64,000 bases of DNA, taken from positions 32,001 through 96,000 of the IMG/VR virus record IMGVR_UViG_3300027795_000039; one strand, given 5' to 3'. The stretch comes from a virus. This document shows, piece by piece, positions 1-10,649 of this stretch. Made by a program: the position numbers and the translations under genes. The first letter of the stretch is position 1. Each line of letters begins with the position of its first letter. A model generated the notes under the pieces. That model was not told the origin of the DNA. It was given only the letters and a program-made list of their open reading frames with translations, and ran no database searches.

Positions 1-2276
1 TCACCGTTTAGGTATACTGTCAGATCGCCAGTTGAACTAATATCGAGCGCCAGGTGACACAGTGTGTCAAGTGGAAATACCGCGAAACTAGTGTTAATCG
101 TCGTTGACTGTGACCATTGAACAAAACAAACGGTTGTTCCACTATCATCTGTTCCAGGAAAGTAAACACCAACAGCAGCAACCCAGCCGGGCGCTAGGTT
201 CGCGACACCGTTTGATTCGATGTATGGTTTACCGAAGAACTGGATAAGTGGCGTGGGCTGACCACCAGGTTCCGTGTTTTCTACACCAGGTACCGTGGTC
301 CATAGTTCAAATGCCATACCGTTTGTCTGGCCGATAACCGGTAGCTCATAGTCTGGGCCGTATACCGCACCAGATCCACGCAGCGGTGTTGTAGTGTAGT
401 TACTGTAGCTACTAACACCCATGCCGGTACCAGAGTCACCCTCGAAGTTAATTGTCTGGCCGGTTTCTACTGGTACATCTCCAGATAGGTAACTTGCGGT
501 ACGCTGGTTTACTCTCGAAGTATTAACAACAATCAAGCCGCTGGCGTCAGTGGCAGTCGATTGAGCACCGTTAATCGTGTTCGCTGTTATCTGGTATGAT
601 TCGCTAAATGGGAAACACGCATATGGTTCATCGGTTAGGATTTCACCTTGTACCGCTGATGGCATGTTAACTGCGTTGGCAATACCCACGGTATCCGTCG
701 CTACCATAGGGGAAAACCCCCATTGTGGCAGGTCAGGCCAAGTCTGCGGCCAGCGTTCCACGTAGCCGTAGCCGATGGGGAATCGTTGCCCTTCCCAGAA
801 AGCTGATACACGGACTGGAGTTTGTAGCTTAACAAGGCCGGTTTGTATCCCAGCGACACCAACGGCAAGTGCTGCTTCCGCAATGTAGAATGTTGTGGCG
901 TTTGATGGTGTGCCATCAAAACCACCAGCGATAATGGCAAAAACTGCACTTACCGGTGCTGTTACCTGGTCGGTGGTTACCTGTATCCAGGTATTTGATG
1001 GTATGGCGGTAACAGCACCAGTAGTGGAACTAATTGAGTTGCTGTTGACGTCAAACCACTGGATGATAGCGATGGCACCTGATGCCCAGCCAACGGGTGA
1101 GTATATCCAGAATGAGAAAGTGTAGGTTGGATTAATATACCTTGCCAGGTTAATCAACGTACTTGACTGGAATCCAGGCGAGCTCGCGGTACCAGATGGT
1201 GTAACCAGCATGGAGTATGAAGCGGTTACGTTGATTCCAGTAGCGTAACTGTAGGTATCTGATTGAGACAGCGTGGCATCATTAACCGCAACCCAGCCGT
1301 GAGTATTAGACTGAAATGACATGTTAGTGTTAAGTGCGTTACTGTAGTAGTGGCTACCAGGCCACGCAGGATCAAAAGCACCATCAACGTTGTTCAACAA
1401 GACATTCATCTCGCCAGCTTCTGGTGTGGCGAGTTCATACTGACGCCCTCGAGTTACTGTGATTCCAGCAACTTCACCACCAGCGATGGCACGTTGAGTA
1501 ATATCAGTCCACTGGCCATCAAGAATACTCTGGGAAAAATCACCGGGTGTCGTACTGAATGCTGCTTCTACTCGGACAACCGGGAAATTCGGGTTACCAT
1601 TCCACGGTGGGTAGCTTGTCTGGCTGATACCGATCATTACACCAGCGCCAGTAATCGCACCACTCTCTGCTGTAAATGATACGCTTACACTACTTGACTC
1701 GGTAAATGATGCGTATGCAGAAATTAGGCGACTTGGAACAGGGAGAGATATCCACGGTGATGCTGGGAAATTAGTCGAGCTTGTCTGACATAGTGCACAC
1801 ACGAAACAGTAGTCAGCTTGCTGTGCCACAGCTGAGAATGTAATATCTGTGGTTGACAAGCTCGTGTATGGCACGGTGAAATCAATAACGGAAGTGTAAC
1901 CTGCCGGCAAGCCGGTAAATTCTGCTACAACACAATCAATTTCACCAACGTAGCCAGCAGCTGAAATGGACCACCAGCCCGATGATGGAATCGCAAGTGC
2001 GTTATCACATACCCAGATCGCGGTACGAAGCGGCATATCTGGTACGTTACCGGTGTCTCCAATTAGTCGCCACCAGTTACCGACAGAGTCACATACGGTC
2101 ATTGCAGGCATTACAGCGGATGATGACATGGTTGCCGTGCTGGTGATGATTGAGGCAAACGCTACCAGCATGTTACCCGCTGTATTGAGCAGGTTAAGAG
2201 ACTGTGGCCCGATATTACTCGTTGGTGATGTTGGGAGCCAGTAATTTGAAGTGGTCCTGACCAGTGAAAATGCCAT
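1..2276 (-). CDS. Minor tail protein (3' end outside window), with a probable LamG/concanavalin-like domain
   Basis: ATG at 2276, just after the tape measure stop. Spot-checked segments are in frame, including ITVTRGRQYELATPEAGEMNVLLNNVDGAFDP (typical of actinophage minor tail proteins) and HLALDISSTGDLTVYLNG near the window edge. Absent from the ORF track, presumably because its stop lies outside the window. Confidence 0.75.
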   Translation of the reverse strand, partial: MAFSLVRTTSNYWLPTSPTSNIGPQSLNLLNTAGNMLVAFASIITSTATMSSSAVMPAMTVCDSVGNWWRLIGDTGNVPDMPLRTAIWVCDNALAIPSSGWWSISAAGYVGEIDCVVAEFTGLPAGYTSVIDFTVPYTSLSTTDITFSAVAQQADYCFVCALCQTSSTNFPASPWISLPVPSRLISAYASFTESSSVSVSFTAESGAITGAGVMIGISQTSYPPWNGNPNFPVVRVEAAFSTTPGDFSQSILDGQWTDITQRAIAGGEVAGITVTRGRQYELATPEAGEMNVLLNNVDGAFDPAWPGSHYYSNALNTNMSFQSNTHGWVAVNDATLSQSDTYSYATGINVTASYSMLVTPSGTASSPGFQSSTLINLARYINPTYTFSFWIYSPVGWASGAIAIIQWFDVNSNSISSTTGAVTAIPSNTWIQVTTDQVTAPVSAVFAIIAGGFDGTPSNATTFYIAEAALAVGVAGIQTGLVKLQTPVRVSAFWEGQRFPIGYGYVERWPQTWPDLPQWGFSPMVATDTVGIANAVNMPSAVQGEILTDEPYACFPFSESYQITANTINGAQSTATDASGLIVVNTSRVNQRTASYLSGDVPVETGQTINFEGDSGTGMGVSSYSNYTTTPLRGSGAVYGPDYELPVIGQTNGMAFELWTTVPGVENTEPGGQPTPLIQFFGKPYIESNGVANLAPGWVAAVGVYFPGTDDSGTTVCFVQWSQSTTINTSFAVFPLDTLCHLALDISSTGDLTVYLNG

Positions 2277-2278
2277 GG

Positions 2279-5200
2279 CTACCCACCAGGCCGCATCGTG
2301 CCGGTTACAGCCCCTGAATTCCTGATGTTATAACGGAATGTTTGTTGTTGAACTGCAGACCATAGTTCTTTATCATTTACTTTTCCTGATACTTCACTGC
2401 GCAAGTTGACAACAATCGGCTGAGTGGTACTTGCTACAGTTCGATGGCCACTACTTAGACTTGCAGTCCCTGCAGTTGCGGCACTGGACAGCTTCCCAGC
2501 AGCTTGTGATACTCGTCCCGCACCTGATTCCATTCCTCTGGCCAGGCCTTCTGCTACCATCAAACCATGCTGGATCATGACCCGAGATGGTGAACTGATG
2601 CCAAGTTCTTTCTTCAGCGTTGACACCATGTTAGTAGCGATTTTCTGCATCTCAGTGTTGATAGCTGATTCTTGCGACTTAAGACCGCTTAGGAAACCAG
2701 CACTAGCCTGAGAACCACCTTCATACATGATGTTGGCAGCAGATTCACCGAGTGATGTTGACATTGCACCGATTTGGGTTTGAGCGGCGTTAATCTGGCC
2801 TATTTGAGCGAGGTTCGCACCGGCAAGTTCAGCTGCGAGCTGACCGCCTTGAACCGGCCCCATCGCAATAATCTGGCTGATGTAGTTTTTATTCAGCCCC
2901 ATCTTAGCGATTTTCTGCAGGTTTACTTTAAACGAGCGAATCTGGCCCACGTCACCGCTTAGCGTGGAAATAATCTGGTTAACGCTGGCCACGCCACCAC
3001 TGCTATTTGTCATAGCTGAGCTAAGGTCGAAACTCGATACGGTAGCAGCAGCTGTTCCCTGAGCGAACTGAGCAGCATCAGCAATTTCGTGCGCGATGTT
3101 AGTACGCTGGGTGGCAAGTTTGGTAAGCGTGGTATTATCGTTTGACAACCACTTTGAAAGCGACGATTCTTTGGTGGTGCTGATGACATCACCAGCTGCA
3201 GCTGTCTTCAGCGTATCATTAATCGATGAAATTACCGTGGAAACTTGAGCTGCAGTGCCTTTTGTTAGTTCTTTTTCCATGCCACCAGTAAGTGCACTGT
3301 TAAGTGCGTTACTCAATTGTGATTTCAATGCGCTTTGCTGTGCACTAGAAATAGCGCCAGTCAAAGCAGCAATAGTAATCGTGTTACCAATCTGGCTGGC
3401 TGTGGCTTCTACATGTGCCTTGCTGCCATTCATGCCAAGCGCCAGACCAGTCATGATCTGAGTACCGATTTCAGCGAACACGGTACTCGGTGAAAAAACG
3501 CCGAGAACAGTTTTTGCCGCGCCAATAATACTCTTACCAATGTTTTCAACGGCTTTTATCGGATCAGTTGCAATTGCTTCAATACCACTGACCAAGCCGT
3601 GGATAACATCTTTACCGGCGTTAACAAGCCATGTTGCAGCATTCTTGAAGTAACCCAGGATGTCTTTACCAATTTTCTTTACCCATTTTATAACATCATT
3701 GTAACCGGTACTAAAGGCGTTTACAATTTGTTTCCAGTGCGTGGTAACGAATACGACAACAGCTACAAGTGGTCCACCGATAATTGAAATTATCAGCTTC
3801 CAGTGTATTTTTACAAAATCAATAACGTCATTAATAGCAGTAGTAAAGAAGTTTTTAATTTGTTTCCAATGCGTGGCTACCAGAACAGCGATAGCAGCAA
3901 TTGGACCACCGAAGATAGCAACTAGCAACTTCCAGTGGGTTTTAACAAATGAAATAACATCACCAACACCTTTTTCAACAGCGTGAAGTGCAGTGAGGAA
4001 ACCAGTTTTAAGTGCTCGGCCAACGTCATTAACCACATCACGGAATGTTTTAAAGTGAATATAACAAAGAATCACGATGGCAACAAGTGCAATAATTGCG
4101 ATCGTGATAATCACGATGGGGTTCATATCCATGACAAAGTTAAATGCTGCCTGAATACCAGTCCAGACCTTAGTTGCTGCAGCACTTATCTTCGACCAGA
4201 TTGTCCAGCCTTTAATCGCGGTAACAGCTTTGGTAATGTTGCCGCCGAGTGTTCCCCACATTCCAGTTGACTCAGCTGCTGCTTGATCAGCATCATTCAT
4301 CCCCTTTTTCAGGTTGCCGAGTGATGCCGATGGATAACTTAGTGCTTTCTTGATGGCCCCGCCGGCGGTACCCCACGGTCCAGTAGCCTCGCTGGCGGCT
4401 TTCTTAGCGTCATTGAAACCACTACTAAGGTTTTTGAGGTTCTTGGTTGTCGTCGTGATAGCCGTGTAACCACCCTTAAGAGTGGTAAACCCTTTACTCA
4501 CTACACCGAAAGCCTGGCCTGCGATTGATTTATACATCATGAGGTTCATGATGTTTTCAACCAGCGCACCGTGTGTTTTCATGAATGCGTTGGCAAACTG
4601 CAACAGACCTGGCACGTACTTCATCCAGACCATGTTTGAGTCACTACCAGCCATATCACCGATAAATTTGCCGGCAATTTCAACGAGGTTTTTCAGTTCA
4701 TTAACAACAGTCGGACCATTTGTCTTAACCATCGTCATGAACTCAGCAAAACCCTGTGTCTTCGACAAGCCCGCAGCCCACTTGTCGAAACCACCTGTCA
4801 TGCTGGTAAGGCCACTCAACACAACCTGAGCGAATGGTGCAAATGCTTCGAGCAAGTGCCCGATGCCGCCAGCCAAATTCATGATTGACTGAAGAATTTT
4901 CTGGATTGCTGGACCAGCATTCTTCGACATAGTCGTCATGAATGATACTAGTCCACCTGGCTGGCTAGTAAGCTTAACACCAGCACGGTTAGCAATTTGC
5001 CTCATCCCATTCGAGAAACTTTGTGCTGGTGCCATCGCAGCCCTGAGCTCGTTAACAATACTGGTCAGCGCTTTTTCGGTTGGCGGCAAGAAAGGCTGAA
5101 GCAGTTGCAACGCGCGCGGTAGCAGGCCGATACCCGCGGCCATAATCTGCGATACGCCGGATGAGTTAGCTTTCTCGAATGAAGTAAGGCTGGTTTTTGC

Positions 5201-6016
5201 GGTGGTGATTGACTGAGCAAGTGCAATCTGCCCGCTGTTCAAGCCTGCATATGCTGCCTTAAGCGCAGCAACCTTCGTGGCTTGTGCTTGCGCAATTGAC
5301 CCAGCTTCACCTTGAGCCACGAGTTGTCTTTGGAATGCTGTGGTTGCTGTGTCGGCAATTTTCGCATATTGCGTTTGAGTAGATTTTACTGAAGAAGCGT
5401 AAGCTGTATTGGCAGCAGCAGCGGCTGTGGCAGCTGTTGATGCGGTGGTAAATGAGCTCTTCGCAACCAAGGCGAAAGCACCGAGACCGATACCAGCTGC
5501 AGCGATGCCGGATAGGAGACCACCGGTGATAGCAATAAGCCCAGCAGCCATCGGTTCCAAAGAACTAGTAGCGAAGCCGGCTATCACCCAGATCTTCTTG
5601 AGCATCCCCATTTCCATGAAACTCTGGTTAGATGCATCTTCAGCTGATTTTGCCACCTTTTCATTTGAGTCAGAGAGACTTTTATTCGCGTTGGTAATCG
5701 CCTCTTGCAACGCTGCCAACTCGAGATCAGCTTTGATCTGGCTCTTCGTAGCATCTGTAGCAGCTTTTGTCGCGACAGTGAGTTCAATCTCACCATCAGC
5801 GTACTTGCTAGCCGCGTCTTTTGCGATGTCCATGGCAGCAGCAGCCCTATCTGCCGCTTCCATGGTCTCCAGACCCATCTGCCGAGCCTTCAACGCTGCG
5901 GTATCGGTCCGGTCACCGAATTGTTGAGTAGCTGCGATGGCTTTCTGCAGCGGCTCAGTGTACTGCGTGATGTCAGCGGTAAACTTAGCTATTGCGGGAG
6001 GCAACTCGGTGGCCAC
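2279..6016 (-). CDS. Tape measure protein
   Basis: 1245 aa, Ala-rich and helical, with hydrophobic segments, W/F-spaced repeats (THWK) and two G[IV]xSPS motifs; located downstream of the tail chaperones. Confidence 0.92.
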   Translation of the reverse strand: MATELPPAIAKFTADITQYTEPLQKAIAATQQFGDRTDTAALKARQMGLETMEAADRAAAAMDIAKDAASKYADGEIELTVATKAATDATKSQIKADLELAALQEAITNANKSLSDSNEKVAKSAEDASNQSFMEMGMLKKIWVIAGFATSSLEPMAAGLIAITGGLLSGIAAAGIGLGAFALVAKSSFTTASTAATAAAAANTAYASSVKSTQTQYAKIADTATTAFQRQLVAQGEAGSIAQAQATKVAALKAAYAGLNSGQIALAQSITTAKTSLTSFEKANSSGVSQIMAAGIGLLPRALQLLQPFLPPTEKALTSIVNELRAAMAPAQSFSNGMRQIANRAGVKLTSQPGGLVSFMTTMSKNAGPAIQKILQSIMNLAGGIGHLLEAFAPFAQVVLSGLTSMTGGFDKWAAGLSKTQGFAEFMTMVKTNGPTVVNELKNLVEIAGKFIGDMAGSDSNMVWMKYVPGLLQFANAFMKTHGALVENIMNLMMYKSIAGQAFGVVSKGFTTLKGGYTAITTTTKNLKNLSSGFNDAKKAASEATGPWGTAGGAIKKALSYPSASLGNLKKGMNDADQAAAESTGMWGTLGGNITKAVTAIKGWTIWSKISAAATKVWTGIQAAFNFVMDMNPIVIITIAIIALVAIVILCYIHFKTFRDVVNDVGRALKTGFLTALHAVEKGVGDVISFVKTHWKLLVAIFGGPIAAIAVLVATHWKQIKNFFTTAINDVIDFVKIHWKLIISIIGGPLVAVVVFVTTHWKQIVNAFSTGYNDVIKWVKKIGKDILGYFKNAATWLVNAGKDVIHGLVSGIEAIATDPIKAVENIGKSIIGAAKTVLGVFSPSTVFAEIGTQIMTGLALGMNGSKAHVEATASQIGNTITIAALTGAISSAQQSALKSQLSNALNSALTGGMEKELTKGTAAQVSTVISSINDTLKTAAAGDVISTTKESSLSKWLSNDNTTLTKLATQRTNIAHEIADAAQFAQGTAAATVSSFDLSSAMTNSSGGVASVNQIISTLSGDVGQIRSFKVNLQKIAKMGLNKNYISQIIAMGPVQGGQLAAELAGANLAQIGQINAAQTQIGAMSTSLGESAANIMYEGGSQASAGFLSGLKSQESAINTEMQKIATNMVSTLKKELGISSPSRVMIQHGLMVAEGLARGMESGAGRVSQAAGKLSSAATAGTASLSSGHRTVASTTQPIVVNLRSEVSGKVNDKELWSAVQQQTFRYNIRNSGAVTGTMRPGG

Positions 6017-6036
6017 GGATCGCCTCCACTCAGCTA

Positions 6037-6065
6037 TTTACATCACGGTGGTAGTGTGGTATAAT
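6037..6065 (+). promoter_or_regulatory. Sigma70-type promoter with extended -10
   Basis: TTTACA-N17-TATAAT with TG extension, followed by CAGGAACAAGGAA. Confidence 0.8.
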
Positions 6066-6085
6066 GGAACTATCAGGAACAAGGA

Positions 6086-6250
6086 ATGGAGCAAGAAGTG
6101 ATCGAAGAAATGGATGCGTTCCAACAGGCAATGTATGACGCCACGGTCGCAGGTATCACCAGGTTTGATCCAAATCGTTTCCCTGAGAAGAGCTACTACT
6201 GGCTGAGGAAGTATCAGGAAGAGCTGGCAAAGTACGCGGAAGTCATTTAG
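6086..6250 (+). CDS. Small hypothetical protein (54 aa)
   Basis: ORF MEQEVIEEMDAF... directly behind the promoter; converges on and overlaps the stop of 6247-6684. Confidence 0.65.
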   Translation: MEQEVIEEMDAFQQAMYDATVAGITRFDPNRFPEKSYYWLRKYQEELAKYAEVI

Positions 6251-6684
6251 TACAAACCGCACGCGTTCTTGAACGCACTAATCGCCGCATCACGTGCCTT
6301 CATCTGCCACTTCAGCTGTGCCGGTGCCACGTACGGCCGAGGTGGCAGGTGAGACTTGTGACCTTTACCAGCCCAGCCGCCCAATTCCTGGATTCTCGCG
6401 TACACCGTCGTACCACCCACGGTCGCGGTCCACTGTCCATTACCTGTTGGTTCCAGCCTCGTCATCTTCACGGACCGACGAAGTTGACCGCTGATAAGCG
6501 ATGGTGGTGAGCCAGGTGGTGATGGAGTTGGTGTACCAGCTGGGTGAGACGACCGGCTTAGCTCGAGTTGGACACCACGAATGAGAACCGCACCAGACGC
6601 CTTCGCCGCTGCTTTTGCTGCCTCATCTGCGTGATCAATCAGGCGTTGTAGTGCGTCTTCGAGACTCTCGAAGCCAGTAGCCAT
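6247..6684 (-). CDS. HK97 gp10-like tail completion/neck protein
   Basis: SGQLRRSV, YARIQELGG and LPPRPYVAPA motifs. Confidence 0.8.
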   Translation of the reverse strand: MATGFESLEDALQRLIDHADEAAKAAAKASGAVLIRGVQLELSRSSHPAGTPTPSPPGSPPSLISGQLRRSVKMTRLEPTGNGQWTATVGGTTVYARIQELGGWAGKGHKSHLPPRPYVAPAQLKWQMKARDAAISAFKNACGLY

Positions 6685-6686
6685 GC

Positions 6687-6908
6687 TTACCTCCGACGTG
6701 GGCCAGATGGTGGTGAAGAAGCGTTACCTTTCTTTTCGATGGCATGTGCTTCTGCTGCTTCGATTTCCGGCCACCACGTCACCGCATCAAGTGACGATTC
6801 TTCGGTCATCTCTTCAGTGAACCCATACGTCCTGGCGAAGAATCGCTTTGTGAAGGTATCAGGTGGCATTTTCTCCGGGAGTGGCAATTCATACTTACCA
6901 TTACTCAT
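6687..6908 (-). CDS. Tail assembly chaperone, frameshifted C-terminal part
   Basis: In the -1 frame of 6905-7285; open from the slippery site (PRDVTRLRGLFMSNGKY...). Confidence 0.75.
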   Translation of the reverse strand: MSNGKYELPLPEKMPPDTFTKRFFARTYGFTEEMTEESSLDAVTWWPEIEAAEAHAIEKKGNASSPPSGPRRR

Positions 6909-7285
6909 GAAGAGGCCGCGGAGGCGGGTGACGTCTCGAGGTTTGGGACATCCACCACCTTGGCTAGCATTGGTGCGAAAATCTTTTCGAGTGCGTTCCA
7001 GTCATCGATATCCAGTGCTTCACCGAAAGCATCACGAACATGCTCGTGCCACAGCTTCGAACTGCCGGTGCACTCCGGACACGCATGACGACTCGGTAGC
7101 TCATCTGGCAGTGACCAGTCTTCCAGCAGCCGAGATAGCAACGCTGTTTCCATGAGTGACAACGTGCCACCAGATGCCTCACCGGAACCGACGATGCTGA
7201 CAGCATTCTGAACGGCGAATTTATCTTTGGCGCGAAGTGCGGTTCTAATCTCTGCTGTTGCACCAGAGGGCAGGTCAACCTTCAT
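6905..7285 (-). CDS. Tail assembly chaperone
   Basis: Located between major tail and tape measure genes; contains a slippery heptamer. Confidence 0.75.
   Translation of the reverse strand: MKVDLPSGATAEIRTALRAKDKFAVQNAVSIVGSGEASGGTLSLMETALLSRLLEDWSLPDELPSRHACPECTGSSKLWHEHVRDAFGEALDIDDWNALEKIFAPMLAKVVDVPNLETSPASAASS
6941..6947 (-). other. Programmed -1 frameshift site C CCA AAC
   Basis: XXXYYYZ heptamer in the correct phase; a -1 shift joins the two chaperone ORFs. Confidence 0.75.
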
Positions 7286-7317
7286 GTCACGACTCTCCCA
7301 TCAAGAGACGTTGGGTA

Positions 7318-7346
7318 TTTACATCACCACCATGATGTGGTATAAT
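7318..7346 (+). promoter_or_regulatory. Sigma70-type promoter
   Basis: TTTACA-N17-TATAAT with TG, then CAGGAACAGGAA. Confidence 0.8.
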
Positions 7347-7379
7347 GTACTTAATCGCAGGAACAGGAATGAGGTAAAG

Positions 7380-7715
7380 ATGAGTGAGTCCCGTACCACC
7401 AAGTTCAACAGCGTACGAGTACTAAGCGCCGTCAAGAAAGTGTATGCAAGCTACATCATCGCCACCACGTGTGATTTTCCAGTCCTCCGTCAGGATCAGC
7501 GAAAGAACTGGCAGATCGTGTGGGAGGATGGACCCGTGGAGTGGGCGGTGTATTTCGCTGATGCCTGTCCACTCGGGTCTGACAGCCCAGATAAGGCAAC
7601 ACCAGTTCGTGACGCATTTTCTGGCGTTGCACAGTACCCGGCTCCCACAGGCATTCCGAGTGGCTTGCTACTCGAGCCGCAGAGTGATCACGTTCTCGGA
7701 GTCTACATGGTGTAG
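7380..7715 (+). CDS. Hypothetical protein
   Basis: GAGG ribosome-binding site before ATG 7380, downstream of the promoter. Confidence 0.7.
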   Translation: MSESRTTKFNSVRVLSAVKKVYASYIIATTCDFPVLRQDQRKNWQIVWEDGPVEWAVYFADACPLGSDSPDKATPVRDAFSGVAQYPAPTGIPSGLLLEPQSDHVLGVYMV

Positions 7716-7743
7716 GCCCATCCATTACACCAGCAGCTTGGTA

Positions 7744-7772
7744 TTTACATTAACGTGATGCTATGATATAGT
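7744..7772 (+). promoter_or_regulatory. Sigma70-type promoter
   Basis: TTTACA-N17-TATAGT. Confidence 0.75.
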
Positions 7773-7804
7773 TGTAACTAAGAACAGGAACGGGAGAAAA
7801 ACCA

Positions 7805-8188
7805 ATGAAATGCGCATCAGTTGACTTCGATGGTGTACTTCACTCATTTGAGCTAGGCTGGCATGACGGTCTTATTTATGGTCGCATCGATGTCAGCCTG
7901 ATCACAGATCTTCAGGAAGCCGGTTACGCGGTTGCAGTTTCCACCTGCCGCTCGGTCATCCAGACCGGTGAAGTACTTCGCTCCCACGGCGTTTTGGTTT
8001 ACATCGACAGGAGCCGTGTTTGCACGTCCTGGAATGATCCACGTCGAGTCCTAGTCACCAACATGAAAGTTGCAGCTTCAGCTTACATCGATGACCGGGC
8101 GATCAACTACCGTTTCGATCGAAAGTCTGGTTCTCGCAGAGAAGATGTAGTTGATCTGGTACGAAGCATGTCCTACCACCTGCAATGA
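7805..8188 (+). CDS. HAD-superfamily hydrolase-like protein
   Basis: N-terminal VDFDGV, central STCR and C-terminal K-x5-YIDDRA motifs. Confidence 0.75.
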   Translation: MKCASVDFDGVLHSFELGWHDGLIYGRIDVSLITDLQEAGYAVAVSTCRSVIQTGEVLRSHGVLVYIDRSRVCTSWNDPRRVLVTNMKVAASAYIDDRAINYRFDRKSGSRREDVVDLVRSMSYHLQ

Positions 8189-8210
8189 TACTCATACCTC
8201 ACGCAATCAC

Positions 8211-8237
8211 AGTACCAGCAGCCTGGCTGCTGGTACT
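8211..8237. terminator. Hairpin, probable terminator
   Basis: Inverted repeat AGTACCAGCAGCC/GGCTGCTGGTACT after 7805-8188. Confidence 0.55.
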
Positions 8238-8241
8238 CTTG

Positions 8242-8270
8242 TTTACACCACCGGTAACAGATGGTATAGT
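8242..8270 (+). promoter_or_regulatory. Sigma70-type promoter
   Basis: TTTACA-N17-TATAGT with TG. Confidence 0.75.
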
Positions 8271-8307
8271 AGTACACAGGAACACGGAACGATGACTGGA
8301 GAGGCAC

Positions 8308-9120
8308 TTGCAGATTAACGTCACCGCGGAGCAGTTTGAAGCACGGGCTGAGTACCTGGACAGCCTGACACTGGGACGTAAGATGTTCCGTATCAATGAG
8401 CTGAGGTTGATGAAACCATCATTTCAGCGAACACCTAACAAGCAGCACATCACGAAAATCGTAAATGAGTGGCAACCACACCGTTTCGATGACCCTGTCG
8501 TGATCATCTGCTCAGATGGTACTCATCTTCTCGATGATGGCCAACATCGCGTTGAAGCAGCTGCAGTTAAGCTCGGCGAAGATGCTGAAATCCTGTGCCG
8601 AATCGGTTACAGTGATACTCCTGGCCTAGAATTTGTCGCACTTAACAGCACTCGCCGGCTCGTAACGGCGTACTGGAAGCACACGGCTCATCTGTCAGAT
8701 GGTGAGGATATCGCTGTTGGTGTTACGGCTATGGCTAATAACCACGGCCTGAACATCACCAAGGGTAACACACCGCGTACCATCAGTGCGGTTAATACAG
8801 TTACTAATTTGTACCAGCGAGATCAACTGGCACTCGACAGGACACTGTATGTGCTAGCCAATGTCATCGAAAACCGTGAAGATGAAGTTGGTTGGCTAAA
8901 AGCCAATGTCATCCAGGGAGTATGGTATGTCATCCATAGTTATGACTGTGATGACAAGCTCATGATCCGCGGTCTCAGTAAGATTACGCCAGAACGAGCA
9001 GCACCATACAGCGCGAACGACACGTCACGCAACGCAAGTGACATCATCATCGCTTACAATAAGGGTCAACGGGATAACAGACGAATTAACATCGCACAGC
9101 CACGTGAGGTGGAGTACTGA
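8308..9120 (+). CDS. ParB/Srx-like (DGQHR) domain protein
   Basis: FQR and LDDGQHR motifs. Confidence 0.7.
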   Translation: MQINVTAEQFEARAEYLDSLTLGRKMFRINELRLMKPSFQRTPNKQHITKIVNEWQPHRFDDPVVIICSDGTHLLDDGQHRVEAAAVKLGEDAEILCRIGYSDTPGLEFVALNSTRRLVTAYWKHTAHLSDGEDIAVGVTAMANNHGLNITKGNTPRTISAVNTVTNLYQRDQLALDRTLYVLANVIENREDEVGWLKANVIQGVWYVIHSYDCDDKLMIRGLSKITPERAAPYSANDTSRNASDIIIAYNKGQRDNRRINIAQPREVEY

Positions 9121-10377
9121 TTAGTAAGTGGGAACGTTATTCGTCAAACTGACGGTAATTGGTCCGAGACCACCAGATCCACCGATGTTCGTGGAGTTGG
9201 CGATGCACTGGATCTCATCATCATATCCGACTAGTACCGATGACCGGTTTGGCTTTGCACTCGTGTAACCAGCTTCCTGAGCATTGATAACAACCTGGAT
9301 CAGGTTGGTACCACTGAGGCCGTTGGTAACGGTGACCTGCATCGGTGGCTGCTCGTTTTGAAGCATGCGTGTCAAACCGGTTTCATCAGTTGCCACCGAG
9401 TACATGAGTGAAGCTGTGGCATCGAGTGTACCACGGGCGATGATGAATGGTGACTGAGTACCTTGCGCGGTCCAGTAAACCTGTAGCTCTCGTTTGATGC
9501 TGAAACCATATTCGCCTGCCTGCGTCATGGTGCTACCACCGATGTCGATGACAGTTTCCCAAGCAGCGATTGGTACTGCAGGTGATGGTACGTTGACCGG
9601 CTTACCGGATCCAGCAGCCGGAACGCTCAGCCACGAGTTACCGCTTACCTTCATCTCGAATAGTTGCTCGGTATTACCGGTAATGTCGACCTGGCTGCAG
9701 CACAAGTCTGAGTAAGAACGAGCACCTGTCACCGCAGTGATGCCAGTGTAGTCTGTCGCGGTGAGCAATGGTGGCTGGCCGCTGCCGCTGTTGAGGATAG
9801 CGAATGTGTGGGTATACGGCCCCGCCACCGTCCACGCGGAACCGGTGGGGTGAGCGAACCGAGTGGGCGTATTCGCGAAGCTGATAACGGTGCCGGTGAT
9901 GGCGCTGATGATGACGACCTCAGCGATGGAACCGGTATCGAGTTGTACCGTGGAACCGGTACCGTAACCCGCTACTGATGACACGGTAGCAGACACGCCC
10001 CCGATGGGGATGGTGCCACCGAATGAGACGCCGTTGGTTGGCGAGCTGCCAGTTGATGACATGTCACCGAAAGTGTTATCGAGAAAATATCCCTCAATAT
10101 CACCGTAGAATGGGCCACCGTAGCTGAAAGTGGCATCTTCCGGGCCTTGGATGAGCTGGAAGACCTGAGCCATTGAACCACGGATGGATGTATCCATCAA
10201 CCAATGTGGCGTATCCTGTGGTTCGTACGATGACTTATCCAACGGGATGGTGCTCGCCATTCCACTGATGCCAGGATACACACCAGGGAGTTGCGCCACA
10301 CCTGGTACAGGCTGACGTGACAAGCCGAGGTAGGTAAGAGATGCTGGATAAACAGCGCTGAGCGAGGCGGCAGTCAT
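9121..10377 (-). CDS. Major tail (tube) protein
   Basis: 418 aa, T/G/S-rich with YTHTF, upstream of the chaperones; no sheath gene seen in the window. Confidence 0.78.
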   Translation of the reverse strand: MTAASLSAVYPASLTYLGLSRQPVPGVAQLPGVYPGISGMASTIPLDKSSYEPQDTPHWLMDTSIRGSMAQVFQLIQGPEDATFSYGGPFYGDIEGYFLDNTFGDMSSTGSSPTNGVSFGGTIPIGGVSATVSSVAGYGTGSTVQLDTGSIAEVVIISAITGTVISFANTPTRFAHPTGSAWTVAGPYTHTFAILNSGSGQPPLLTATDYTGITAVTGARSYSDLCCSQVDITGNTEQLFEMKVSGNSWLSVPAAGSGKPVNVPSPAVPIAAWETVIDIGGSTMTQAGEYGFSIKRELQVYWTAQGTQSPFIIARGTLDATASLMYSVATDETGLTRMLQNEQPPMQVTVTNGLSGTNLIQVVINAQEAGYTSAKPNRSSVLVGYDDEIQCIANSTNIGGSGGLGPITVSLTNNVPTY

Positions 10378-10454
10378 GCGTACCCCTTCATGTGGTCGTT
10401 CTTATGGTATAATGACTACGTCAAGCTCAATGAAGTAAACGTAGGAGTACTGGT

Positions 10455-10649
10455 ATGAATTACGATGATGCACTAACCGAACTCGGTGAGCAGTGGGGTT
10501 TTGGAGAAGATGATGCTCAGGCGATGCTCAACCTAGCCGCTAACCTCGGCTGGTGCGCCGTGGCGTGTTTTCCCGGTACCCCAATCACCGTGAAGTACCT
10601 GGATGAGCAGTATACGGTGACCACGCTCACGATTGAAACAGCTCAGTAA
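10455..10649 (+). CDS. Hypothetical protein
   Basis: AGGAG ribosome-binding site; TGGTATAAT at 10405-10413. Confidence 0.65.
   Translation: MNYDDALTELGEQWGFGEDDAQAMLNLAANLGWCAVACFPGTPITVKYLDEQYTVTTLTIETAQ

Noticed and set aside
6687-7285. Tail chaperone -1 frameshift as a novelty
   Set aside because: A well-known conserved feature of long-tailed phages; listed as a feature only
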